Shown piece after piece: positions 37,428-45,987 of a stretch of 64,000 nucleotides of DNA (its first letter is position 1; each line of letters starts with the position of its first letter). Both the position numbers and the translations under genes were made by a program. The stretch is from positions 979 to 64,978 of IMG/VR virus record IMGVR_UViG_3300031760_000054; one strand, written 5' to 3'. The notes under the pieces are model-generated. The model was not told the DNA's origin and searched no databases. It worked only from the letters and a program-made list of their open reading frames with translations. The stretch is from a virus. Its lineage: Duplodnaviria > Caudoviricetes.

Positions 37428-38063
37428 TCAAAGCAAACCTGATACATCACCGTCCCCCATGAGTGCGGCAACGATAGCATCTTGTCTATCCTGCTCTTTC
37501 TGAGAAGCAGGAAGTGCGTACAGCTCTTTCATGTTTTCATAGAACATCCTCTGCTGTTTTGACATGCTTGGACTGATTTCAATGCTTCTATACCCCATTA
37601 TCTTTACGAACTTTGTACTTTCGTTCAGCGACCTGAACAATGCACGGAACTTCCACCAGTGCATGTCTTCCTCTGTCAAATCAATGCCGTACTGCTCCAT
37701 GAAAGCAGCGTATATGTACTGCGCATCGTGTTCGAACGAGTAAACGAGATCAGATGTCTTGCTGTTGTCTACAGGGACAAACTTACCGGTCTTTTCATCG
37801 AACCTTTTCTCCTGCTTCTTTTTCACTTCATCTCCGCACCGGTAAAACCAAAGAAGCTTTTCTACGGCTTGCCCTATGTCATCTGGCACACAGCCGTAAT
37901 ACAGGTCGAGGGCGAGTGCTATCTTGTCTCTTGCGTCGAGTTCATCATCTGACATCATAAGCTCAAAAAGAACAGAGACACGATAATCGCTGTTAATGCG
38001 ATACATCGTGCCTCCTATTTCAACTTCTTCAGGAACGGGGTCTAGAAGGATATTTACTGCCAT
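37428..38063 (-). CDS. Gp15-like tail assembly protein
   Basis: RINSDYR, YSFEHDAQYIYAAFMEQYGIDL, MHWWKFRALF. Confidence 0.9.
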   Translation of the reverse strand: MAVNILLDPVPEEVEIGGTMYRINSDYRVSVLFELMMSDDELDARDKIALALDLYYGCVPDDIGQAVEKLLWFYRCGDEVKKKQEKRFDEKTGKFVPVDNSKTSDLVYSFEHDAQYIYAAFMEQYGIDLTEEDMHWWKFRALFRSLNESTKFVKIMGYRSIEISPSMSKQQRMFYENMKELYALPASQKEQDRQDAIVAALMGDGDVSGLL

Positions 38064-38452
38064 TTACGGGTGCGGTTGTTATACTTCTTCTTCCTTCTCT
38101 GCTCCCTGTTGGGAAGTCTTTCGGGATTGTACTTTTCCTTCAGGGCATTGACCTCATCGGTGAGCTGTGCTCCGAGATTGGCAGCCATGCCGAAAGCATC
38201 GATCCTTTTACGAAGGTCAGCATTCTTACCGAACATACGTCCGGACGTTCCTTCGCCGAACAGATGGTCGAAGAAATCATCAATGATGCTGATCTGAATA
38301 CGCATCTGCTCAGAGTTCTTCTTCCCTTCGTACTGACTCTGGTCGCTGATGAGCGTCCTTGTATCTGCAAGGGCGTTTTCATATCTTTCCATTTCATCGG
38401 CATCGAGAAGGTCTAATTCGAGTTTTACACCGTTATATTCCATTTCTGACAT
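38054..38452 (-). CDS. Tail assembly chaperone
   Basis: Position; LELDLLDAD...FFDHLFGEGT. Confidence 0.8.
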   Translation of the reverse strand: MSEMEYNGVKLELDLLDADEMERYENALADTRTLISDQSQYEGKKNSEQMRIQISIIDDFFDHLFGEGTSGRMFGKNADLRKRIDAFGMAANLGAQLTDEVNALKEKYNPERLPNREQRRKKKYNNRTRKWQ

Positions 38453-38487
38453 ATATTCATCCTCCGTTTATCTTTTTCTTACTTCGA

Positions 38488-39003
38488 TCAGGCTGCAGGT
38501 GTAAATGCCTTTGTCTGCGTGTTGAACGTGCCATCGACCGGATCACCGACAGCGTTAAGCGTTCCTGTCATTTCCTGCTTGCTTTCACCGCTGACTCCTT
38601 CTACGGCTGCAGAAACAACGAACTTCCGGGCTTTGAACGTGTTGGCAACAGGTGTCTCTACTCCACCGGATTCTTCGGTTGCCTGATCCCAAAGCTCAAC
38701 TCTGACGTATTCAAATTCAGCATCTCCACCGGTCAGGTGGTTGCGTCCGACGTTGTACAGTGCAATAACTGCATCTTCGGACTTGATCAGGTGCGCAGTG
38801 AACGGGAAGTTGGACGTGTACGACACAACATCTGTGGATGCTGTCTTGTCGTTGACGTACTTCGTTTCCTCTGTCTGGGCTCCGAACGTCTCGTCGAGAG
38901 TCGTGAAGCCGTAGCCCATCAGAACGTAATTCGGTGTTTCTATTGTGCCGACGTTCAGGTAGTCGGCGAACTCATGTCTGAGAACCGCATGTCCTTTTGG
39001 CAT
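38488..39003 (-). CDS. Major tail protein
   Basis: LMGYGFTTLDE...KYVND, LNAVGDPVDGTF. Confidence 0.85.
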   Translation of the reverse strand: MPKGHAVLRHEFADYLNVGTIETPNYVLMGYGFTTLDETFGAQTEETKYVNDKTASTDVVSYTSNFPFTAHLIKSEDAVIALYNVGRNHLTGGDAEFEYVRVELWDQATEESGGVETPVANTFKARKFVVSAAVEGVSGESKQEMTGTLNAVGDPVDGTFNTQTKAFTPAA

Positions 39004-39005
39004 TG

Positions 39006-39428
39006 TTAAGCCTCCTTTGTGTAAATCAACCGCATCGGCATCTGGTACCGTGCGTTCTTTCCGGTAATGTCATAGATATACCCCGGTGACAGAACCTCTA
39101 TGGAATCTGCATACATCCCTTCCGGGAGCTCCGGGAGTTTTCCTTCCCTGCTCTGGGATTCCACCCAGTCGCACAGATCTTCGTAGAACCCGCTCGCGCT
39201 CATCATCTGGAGCCTGTCCATCGAATAATACTCTCTGGATCCGAACGAGAACTGGTACTGCCGTTCCGTGTCCCCGTTCACGTAAGTCCTGAGGACAGGC
39301 GTGAACATTGATGTCTCGATGACGTATTCGACCGGTCTCGGGCCGAGCGCATCGACACGGAAAACACCGCCCCTCAGGAGCGGGCACTTCTTGAAATAAT
39401 CCGTTATGGCATTGATGATATGGTCAGC
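39006..39428 (-). CDS. Tail terminator / minor structural protein
   Basis: MADHIINAITDYFKKCP...RQYQF...ARYQMPMRLIY. Confidence 0.75.
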   Translation of the reverse strand, partial: ADHIINAITDYFKKCPLLRGGVFRVDALGPRPVEYVIETSMFTPVLRTYVNGDTERQYQFSFGSREYYSMDRLQMMSASGFYEDLCDWVESQSREGKLPELPEGMYADSIEVLSPGYIYDITGKNARYQMPMRLIYTKEA

Positions 39429-39430
39429 CA

Positions 39431-39820
39431 TTAACCACCTCCTGCAATTCTTTTGGCACCTTCGAGGATGTCCTGTTTGTGTCTCACCTTCATCCTCTCG
39501 AACCACCTGCCGCCTCTGTTTGCGTCGTACGGTCTTGTCTGCGCGGTCTTGTAATACTGTGTCGCGGCATATATAGCAGTGTAACTAACCACACCACTTC
39601 CCAGTACTGTCCCAAGTTTACCGGTTACTATCAGAAAACCAGTAACTTTTGGTGCTAACGGATCACCGTAACGAAGCACCTCTGAATCAACAAACTTTTG
39701 TGCTTTAGAAAATCTTTGACCACAGGCTGAAGGAAATTCAGGTTTCCATTCTAGCGAACCAGTAAACCCTACGGAGCTTGCAGTAATCGGTCCGGGAATA
39801 TTGAAGCTCACGCCAGCCAT
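39431..39820 (-). CDS. Minor capsid / tail completion protein
   Basis: AQKFVDSEVLRY, RGGRWFERMK. Confidence 0.8.
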   Translation of the reverse strand: MAGVSFNIPGPITASSVGFTGSLEWKPEFPSACGQRFSKAQKFVDSEVLRYGDPLAPKVTGFLIVTGKLGTVLGSGVVSYTAIYAATQYYKTAQTRPYDANRGGRWFERMKVRHKQDILEGAKRIAGGG

Positions 39821-40257
39821 TAGAAGCCTCCTATCCGCCAGTGCTTGGTGAACTTCGTTCCCCTGATGGTGTTGTCCGCATAGGTGTTCACCGTGAACAG
39901 CTTGGTCTTCAGCGACAGGATCTCGTCCTCTGTGATGCCGTCCCAGCCATCATCGACGTTCACGATTCCATGCGCAACGATGCAGGATGTCTGGATGGTC
40001 CAGTATCCTTCACGCTGCTGGTCGGTCAGCTCGTCGTACAGGGCAGCATCGATGTATTCCTTATCGTCGGAAACGCTTGCGGATATCGGGATCCGCACGA
40101 TGTACTTCTCCCTTTCAGGCAGAGACAGTGAAGTTGGCTGTGAACCGTCGTGCGCGTCATACCATGAGACGCCGTAAATATGCGTCGGAAGGAATACGTC
40201 CCTCCGGTCGTCGCCGAGCACCTTGTTGAATATGGTGATGTCTGCGTTCGTGATCAT
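39820..40257 (-). CDS. Head-closure-type protein
   Basis: MITNADITIFN...HWRIGG; position. Confidence 0.75.
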   Translation of the reverse strand: MITNADITIFNKVLGDDRRDVFLPTHIYGVSWYDAHDGSQPTSLSLPEREKYIVRIPISASVSDDKEYIDAALYDELTDQQREGYWTIQTSCIVAHGIVNVDDGWDGITEDEILSLKTKLFTVNTYADNTIRGTKFTKHWRIGGF

Positions 40258-40682
40258 GGCTGTTTACCCGAATCCCACTTTCTGGACACGCCGCGGAAGA
40301 GGAGCCCGGAATGCCCTAGATAGGATTCAATAGCCTCCCTTATGTCCCTGTCCTGTGATTTCGCGTCCGCCGTCCTGTCTGTCGAGGCGAACGATATGCT
40401 GTATCCGTCGTTGCTCTCGGACTTGACCGCCCCGCCGCTCGTGGCTTCGGAGATCGCTTTCTGCTGTGCGTCGTATTCATACATAGCCTCAGCTACTGCA
40501 CAGCACGCATCGAACACGGAATCCGGATAGCAGGACCGATCCCACCGCGCCAGCCGCCCGAAGGTGAAGGCATCCATTTTCAGGCTTGCCTTCCGGGCGA
40601 AAGCAATGAATTCATCCTCTGGTATCTTGTTCCCGAAATACTCAGAGGTGTAATAATTGTAATCAACATACGGCCTGTCCAT
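40254..40682 (-). CDS. Head-tail connector
   Basis: YVDYNYYTSEY, ACCAVAE, SESNDGYSISF, GLLFRG. Confidence 0.85.
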   Translation of the reverse strand: MDRPYVDYNYYTSEYFGNKIPEDEFIAFARKASLKMDAFTFGRLARWDRSCYPDSVFDACCAVAEAMYEYDAQQKAISEATSGGAVKSESNDGYSISFASTDRTADAKSQDRDIREAIESYLGHSGLLFRGVSRKWDSGKQP

Positions 40683-40715
40683 TCAGCCCTCCTTTCACGG
40701 CTGGCAGTTCAGGTG

Positions 40716-41051
40716 TCAGCCCTTCTTGCCGGTACCCTTCTTTGTCGCAGCGTCCTCCGCGGCTGCCTGCTCAGCCTTGAGCTTCTGGTTCTCTTTCTTG
40801 AGTGCCGTATTATCGGATGTAAGGCTGATGATCTGGCTGTCCTTGAGCGTTACCTGATTCCTCAGGTCGGCAATGACCGCCTCAAGGTTCTTTACCTTAT
40901 TCTGCAGGTCTTCCTTGCCGGCCGGGGCCTTATAGACGCGGAAGCCTGTGCCGTCGTCAACGAAAATCGTGCATCCGTCCGCCAGGAAGCGGCTGATCTC
41001 TGTTTCATCGATCCTGTACTCGACGTTCTTCTTTCTTGCGATATATTTCAT
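40716..41051 (-). CDS. Hypothetical head-region protein
   Basis: Coiled-coil C-terminus; follows the capsid gene. Confidence 0.7.
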   Translation of the reverse strand: MKYIARKKNVEYRIDETEISRFLADGCTIFVDDGTGFRVYKAPAGKEDLQNKVKNLEAVIADLRNQVTLKDSQIISLTSDNTALKKENQKLKAEQAAAEDAATKKGTGKKG

Positions 41052-41115
41052 GATTGTGTCCTTTCGTTAAAACAGGGGCGCGTTGAGCGCCCCCTTCTTA
41101 GCTGCGTGTGTCAGA

Positions 41116-42153
41116 TCAGGACTTCGTGTAGTACGTTGTACCTGCGACGACCGCCTCATCCTCTGTCAGGATATAGGTGTTGCCGGACAGTACGTAGTAG
41201 CCGAGTGTCTTCGGGTTGCCGGTCGGGTTCGATACTGCAGTGTAGGTCGCTGTATCAGCGTCTGCGTGGAACACGATGCCGCCTTCCTTCAGCGGGAGGA
41301 GGAATACATCCTCGAAGGACTCCTCGAAGTAGTAGTACTTGCCCTGATGCGCCGCGCTCGGCTCGTCGAGGCCGGCGAAGGTGTACTTGATCGGGGTGAT
41401 GACTGCGTCCGGATGGACGAGCATCATGTTGATCTGGCGTGCCGTAGCGCCGACAGCCCAGCCAGCGGAGAAGTCATAGGCAGTCTTCATGATGTCGGTC
41501 GGGATGTAGTCGACGATCTTGACGTTGTCAAGGTTCGCGATCTGTCTCTGGACGCTCTGGTTGCCGGTCTGGACTGCGAAGGAGCGCTGAAGGTCAGCTG
41601 CCTCCTTGAGGAGCTTGCCGACGCCCGGGGTCGTGTAGAGGATCCTGCCGGCTCTCGGTACGCGTGCATCGTCCATGGATACCATCATGTCGTCGAATAC
41701 GCTGAGGATGTTGTTGACCGTGAGCGTGGTCGTAACGACGTTCTTGCCAGCCTCGACATAATCAGCGAACAGCTTGGAAACGAGGTACGCGGACATCTCC
41801 GGGAACTTCTCTTCCTGGTTCATGACCTGCGTAGCGTTGGCGATCGTAGCCATGCCGTTCGTGCGGTTCACGTACTCCGGATGGAGCAGCGTGTCCCATG
41901 TGCGGTGGCGGGTGAGCTCAAGGGTCTTGTAGGTAAGACCGAAGTTCCTGCCCTTGGTCGTGAGCTGGTCCATGTTGCCGTCCTTGCGGCCGTTGACATT
42001 GATGTTCGGGATCTGGATGGTGCTCGGACCAGTGAACTGGTAGCGGCCGTTTGCCGGGGTTGCGAAGAGCTCACCGAAGTAGAGTACATACGGGAAGCTC
42101 TGGAGAAGTGTTGTAAGGTACTGCTCTGCATAGTTGATGCCTGTAATAGCCAT
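41116..42153 (-). CDS. Major capsid protein
   Basis: 345 aa after the scaffold; RVPRAGRILYTTP, INMMLVHPDAV, YYYFEESFEDVF. Confidence 0.9.
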   Translation of the reverse strand: MAITGINYAEQYLTTLLQSFPYVLYFGELFATPANGRYQFTGPSTIQIPNINVNGRKDGNMDQLTTKGRNFGLTYKTLELTRHRTWDTLLHPEYVNRTNGMATIANATQVMNQEEKFPEMSAYLVSKLFADYVEAGKNVVTTTLTVNNILSVFDDMMVSMDDARVPRAGRILYTTPGVGKLLKEAADLQRSFAVQTGNQSVQRQIANLDNVKIVDYIPTDIMKTAYDFSAGWAVGATARQINMMLVHPDAVITPIKYTFAGLDEPSAAHQGKYYYFEESFEDVFLLPLKEGGIVFHADADTATYTAVSNPTGNPKTLGYYVLSGNTYILTEDEAVVAGTTYYTKS

Positions 42154-42169
42154 TGCTTTCTAATCTCCT

Positions 42170-42895
42170 TTATTTATTCACAGGGTTGACCTGCGTGAAG
42201 TGGAACAGGTTGGAGAAGTCATTATCCTTCCCTGCGCCTGTGCCGTTATGCGTACCGCCCGAGAAGATCGGGGGCGGTGTCTGGTTCTTCGGCTCCGGTT
42301 CTTTCGGCTCTTCCTCTTTCGCGAATGCGTCCGGGTCGATCTCCGCTTTGTACTTCGCGACATAATCGTCGAAGCCAAGGACATTCTCACCGTCGACCTT
42401 GAGACCTGCGCCAAGGATGTCCTGCGTGAAAGCGCGCTTCGCTGATGCGGATGAGAACTTCAGTCCGCCGACCTTTGTCTTGATCGCGAATTCACACGCC
42501 TGCTTCGCGAGCTGGTCCTGGAAATCCTTCTGTTGCTGGTCGTACTTGTCAGCGGCGGTCTTTGCGTCAGCCTGGAGCTGCGCGACCTGGCTGGTCAGTG
42601 CCGCAATCTTGGACGCATCGCCCTCAGCCGCCTTGATCTGCTTCTGCAGTTCCTCGAGGTCTGTGGTGTTCTTTGCGATCGTGCCGTTCAGGGTCTCAAT
42701 GGATGACTGGGCCTGTGCCAGTTCCTGCTGTTTGCGGTCAAACTTGTCCTGCGACACGTATCCGCCGTCCTTGAGGTTGACGAGGCTGATGCCTTTGTCC
42801 GCGCTGATCGCTGCTTCGAGTTCCTCGAAGGTCATTGCCTTCGGTGTCCCGTCCTCATTCGCCGGGAAGAGTTTCTTTAAGAAATCGTATGCCAT
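42170..42895 (-). CDS. Capsid scaffolding protein (Phage_GP20-like)
   Basis: NLKDGGYVSQDKF, coiled coil, acidic/Pro-rich C-terminus. Confidence 0.85.
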   Translation of the reverse strand: MAYDFLKKLFPANEDGTPKAMTFEELEAAISADKGISLVNLKDGGYVSQDKFDRKQQELAQAQSSIETLNGTIAKNTTDLEELQKQIKAAEGDASKIAALTSQVAQLQADAKTAADKYDQQQKDFQDQLAKQACEFAIKTKVGGLKFSSASAKRAFTQDILGAGLKVDGENVLGFDDYVAKYKAEIDPDAFAKEEEPKEPEPKNQTPPPIFSGGTHNGTGAGKDNDFSNLFHFTQVNPVNK

Positions 42896-43029
42896 AATGT
42901 TCTCCTTTCATGGCTTATTGCTGATTTGGTTTAAACGACTGTTCACTCAGTCATCCGCTCAGGACGTACTTGTAAACGCCCCCATCCGCCGGGGCGGACC
43001 TTTTATAGCGTCGTGCCCGGGACATATAA

Positions 43030-43058
43030 AAGAGTGCCGGCTGTGGACCGGCACTCCC
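43030..43058 (-). terminator. Intrinsic terminator upstream of the scaffold leader
   Basis: GAGTGCCGG-tccacag-CCGGCACTC-TTTT on the minus strand. Confidence 0.65.
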
Positions 43059-43333
43059 TTCCGTGAAAATTTAGTTGTATAACTGTAAGACTGAATAAGT
43101 TACGACTGGCTGCAGAATATGAACAATCCCATCCCGTGTTAGCGAACGTTTTCATTGTTATCGATTGTTTTCTAATGCACTTACCAGATTATTACTGCCT
43201 TCTCACCCTCAGGCAAGGGAGATATATGGATCACCTCCTGGACGGGCTTCTGATGGTCAATTTGCTGCTCGGCAAATAAATATACCTCCTTTCCTTAAAA
43301 TCTCGACTGTGGTCATTCCACGAGCTCACATGG

Positions 43334-43693
43334 TCATGCGCATCCCGCTTCCTTATACGCTTTGTGTATCTTCGGATGCATCCGGGCGATCCAGTCCACA
43401 AGTTCTTCGTGGACTGCCCAGTGTTCTGCCGCATCCGAATCCCAGCCAAGCCCGGATTCGAACAGGAACGCATGGACGATCTCATGGCGGAGCGAATGCT
43501 TGATGCACTTCTCTGCCTCTTTCCGGCTGGCGAATCCGACTACATCTTTCCTTATGTAGTCTCTTACCACAATGAGCTTCTTGTACTCACAGCAGTAACC
43601 GTCGCATTCCTTGAGATCTTCATCTTCATCTAATGTCCGGAGCCTGATCTTGTACCTGACTCCGAGCACGTTGACTTTTTTGCTTATGTGCAT
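43334..43693 (-). CDS. Zn-metallopeptidase-like protein (HExxH)
   Basis: LRHEIVHAFLFESGL...EELVDWIA. Confidence 0.75.
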   Translation of the reverse strand: MHISKKVNVLGVRYKIRLRTLDEDEDLKECDGYCCEYKKLIVVRDYIRKDVVGFASRKEAEKCIKHSLRHEIVHAFLFESGLGWDSDAAEHWAVHEELVDWIARMHPKIHKAYKEAGCA

Positions 43694-43962
43694 GTTAAGA
43701 AGAGCCTTTCATAAGTTTTCTTGTCGAACGGGAACAGGTGGCCGTTCGGGTACTTCACGATGTAATCCCCGACGCTGGCCGTGATGTTTCCCCGCCCTGT
43801 CTGGATCGTGCACCCGCGGAGCTTCGATGCCCCGTCCACGATCCTGAAGTCTAGCTGTATCAGCCCCTGCCTCGCCCTGACGCAGAACCAGGACGGTGCT
43901 GTGCGTTCTGCGTCCGCCGTAAGGATGAACGCCTCACATTCGAACGCAGCCCTGCAGGTCAA
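43684..43962 (-). CDS. Small phage protein with GDYIVK...FP motif
   Basis: TGRGNITASVGDYIVKYPNGHLFPFDKKTYERLF. Confidence 0.65.
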   Translation of the reverse strand: MTCRAAFECEAFILTADAERTAPSWFCVRARQGLIQLDFRIVDGASKLRGCTIQTGRGNITASVGDYIVKYPNGHLFPFDKKTYERLFLTCT

Positions 43963-44615
43963 GACTCACACTCCACAGGTTCGGGCCTGCGGGCCTTATG
44001 GAGCTCCACTTCAATGACAGGGATGCCGTACGACCTGCAGACATCGTGCTCGACCCTGCATCCCCTGGCGTCATACCAGCCTTCCGCAAAGATCGCGACA
44101 TCCGCCTCGGAGATCTTCGAGATCGATTTTCCGAGATACCAGACGGCAGCCTTGTCACCCGTGATCCCTTCCGGAGGCTCTTCCTCGAAGAAGGATTCAA
44201 TAACGTCGAACGTTTCATCGAAATATGCCTCGGCAACCCTGCAGAGCCTGTCGAATTCCCGGTAGACCACCTCTTCGCTCCGCCCCTTCATCGGGCAGGA
44301 TACGAAGAGCTTCCTTGACGTTGCCGTCCCAAAGTCTTCCGTTCCCTCGATCGGCTGGCCGTACTGCTCCACCAGTTCGTCGTAGGAAAGGAACCCGAAT
44401 TCCCCTTCATCGTTCCGGAACAGCCACTTCCCGAGCGGTACCGTTGCTATGCTTCCATCGTCCTTCCGGGGAAGCATGAGCTCGAGCGCACCCGTCGTAT
44501 CGTTGTACACGAACACAGGGTCTTCCATGCAGAGCTGTGACGTAAGGCGTTCCATTGTCTCCGGGCTGTCATCCTTTACCTCCACAGCGACAATCGTTTT
44601 ATGAAATATCGACAT
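43959..44615 (-). CDS. Two-domain protein; C-terminal DUF4406 / nucleoside-2-deoxyribosyltransferase-like domain
   Basis: LFVSCPMKG...ADVAIFAEGWYDARGCRVEH. Confidence 0.7.
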   Translation of the reverse strand: MSIFHKTIVAVEVKDDSPETMERLTSQLCMEDPVFVYNDTTGALELMLPRKDDGSIATVPLGKWLFRNDEGEFGFLSYDELVEQYGQPIEGTEDFGTATSRKLFVSCPMKGRSEEVVYREFDRLCRVAEAYFDETFDVIESFFEEEPPEGITGDKAAVWYLGKSISKISEADVAIFAEGWYDARGCRVEHDVCRSYGIPVIEVELHKARRPEPVECES

Positions 44616-44664
44616 TGTTCACCTCCTTGATCTGATCTGTGATGGGAACGGATATGTTCCCGGA

Positions 44665-44940
44665 TTATTTGCTGCTTACATGGATGCACTTGTTCTCCCA
44701 CTTTTTGTAGGCATCCAGATACGCTTCGGACTTATCACCGTTGAACGTGACCTCGTAGTACATGCCGTCAGGGACGGTCGTGCTGAGCATGGCTTTCTGG
44801 TTCTGCAGCGTCTTGCTGTACCAGACGACGAACACGTCATCCGTCGTGATGTGCCCGTTCTTATCGGTCTTGTCCGCCCTTCCGTTGTAATACTCGACAA
44901 TCTGTTCCTTGCAGAAATGGATATACTCTTTGCTTCCCAT
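44665..44940 (-). CDS. Conserved small phage protein (DUF6275-like)
   Basis: DVFVVWYSKTLQNQKAMLST..PDGMYYEVTFNGDK..YLDAYKK. Confidence 0.75.
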   Translation of the reverse strand: MGSKEYIHFCKEQIVEYYNGRADKTDKNGHITTDDVFVVWYSKTLQNQKAMLSTTVPDGMYYEVTFNGDKSEAYLDAYKKWENKCIHVSSK

Positions 44941-44954
44941 ATTTGTCACCTCAC

Positions 44955-45164
44955 TCATACGACTGTCCAGGCCGTAATGTCCTTCATGTTGTAGGTCGCG
45001 ATCCATTGTTCTTTCCTGATCACGACGAAATAGCATCCGCTGTCCTTAGCGATGAAATCGTAATCGTCCCAGAGCCTCTGCGGGATGATGTCCTTCCTTC
45101 CATCCCGGAAGAATATGCGGATCTTCTGCTTCTTCCGTTTCTTGTCCTTCTTTTTCTTTGCCAT
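44955..45164 (-). CDS. Small basic protein
   Basis: ATG 45164 after GGAGG; Lys-rich N-terminus. Confidence 0.65.
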   Translation of the reverse strand: MAKKKKDKKRKKQKIRIFFRDGRKDIIPQRLWDDYDFIAKDSGCYFVVIRKEQWIATYNMKDITAWTVV

Positions 45165-45178
45165 GCCGTGTCCTCCTG

Positions 45179-45928
45179 TTATTCGACTACTTCCCAGTCG
45201 GTCGCAAGCATGTCGGCCTGAGACGCGAGCCATCCCATCTGAACGCCGGATGTTCCGACGAAAGCGAACGCCTTGTTCCCGATCGCGTCATGTTCCGCAT
45301 TGACCGTCTTGCCGGCAGCGTCCTTGTAGCTGATGCAGGTCGCGAGCTCCACGTACTGTCCCTTCCCGTTCCAGCCGGAACGGGCGATCTTCTTTCCGTA
45401 GCGCTTGGCCATGTTGATGGCGTCCCCGAAGGAGAGACCCGTCTGCCTTCCGCCGAGCTTCGGGCAGTTGTCTTCATCCGCGATCATCCATTCAGTCGAA
45501 CAGATATTGCGGAGTGTGTACTCAACCCGCTGTGATTCACGGATATCCATGACCGGCTCCCCTGTATCGGATTCTTCCGGACGGCAGTGCATCAGGATGG
45601 TCTGCTTCTCGCTGTCCCATTCCCAGTATCCGGCCCATGTGGGGAGCTTCACCTTCGCTCCATGTTTCATGGCGTCGAGCGCTTCCGAGAAGAACATGGT
45701 CTTCTTTTCCGGGAGGCCGTAGAGCCATTCGGGAGAAGTGCCGAGGGCTTCCGCGATTTTCATGATGATCACTGCATTCGGGCACCTCTGCCCTGCGATA
45801 TACTCTTTGACCCTGCTTTCCGTATCACCGATCTGTTCGGCAAGCCTGCCGGGTGATACTCCTCTTTTCGCCATGATCTCGTTCAGCCTGTCTACGAAAG
45901 AGCTGAATGATGTTCCCTTTGCTCCCAT
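45179..45928 (-). CDS. XRE-HTH fused to DUF2829/Tad2-like domain(s)
   Basis: N-terminal HTH; FGDAINMAKRYGKKIARSGWNGKG...GWLASQADMLATDW. Confidence 0.8.
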   Translation of the reverse strand: MGAKGTSFSSFVDRLNEIMAKRGVSPGRLAEQIGDTESRVKEYIAGQRCPNAVIIMKIAEALGTSPEWLYGLPEKKTMFFSEALDAMKHGAKVKLPTWAGYWEWDSEKQTILMHCRPEESDTGEPVMDIRESQRVEYTLRNICSTEWMIADEDNCPKLGGRQTGLSFGDAINMAKRYGKKIARSGWNGKGQYVELATCISYKDAAGKTVNAEHDAIGNKAFAFVGTSGVQMGWLASQADMLATDWEVVE

Positions 45929-45987
45929 GTCACCTCCTTATCCTGCCCTGTGCGGGCAATATGTTCACTTTAGTTTCACTTTGTTAC

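Noticed and set aside
38040-38110. Programmed -1 frameshift between the tail chaperone and Gp15
   Set aside because: No XXXYYYZ slippery heptamer near the chaperone end; Gp15 has its own ATG
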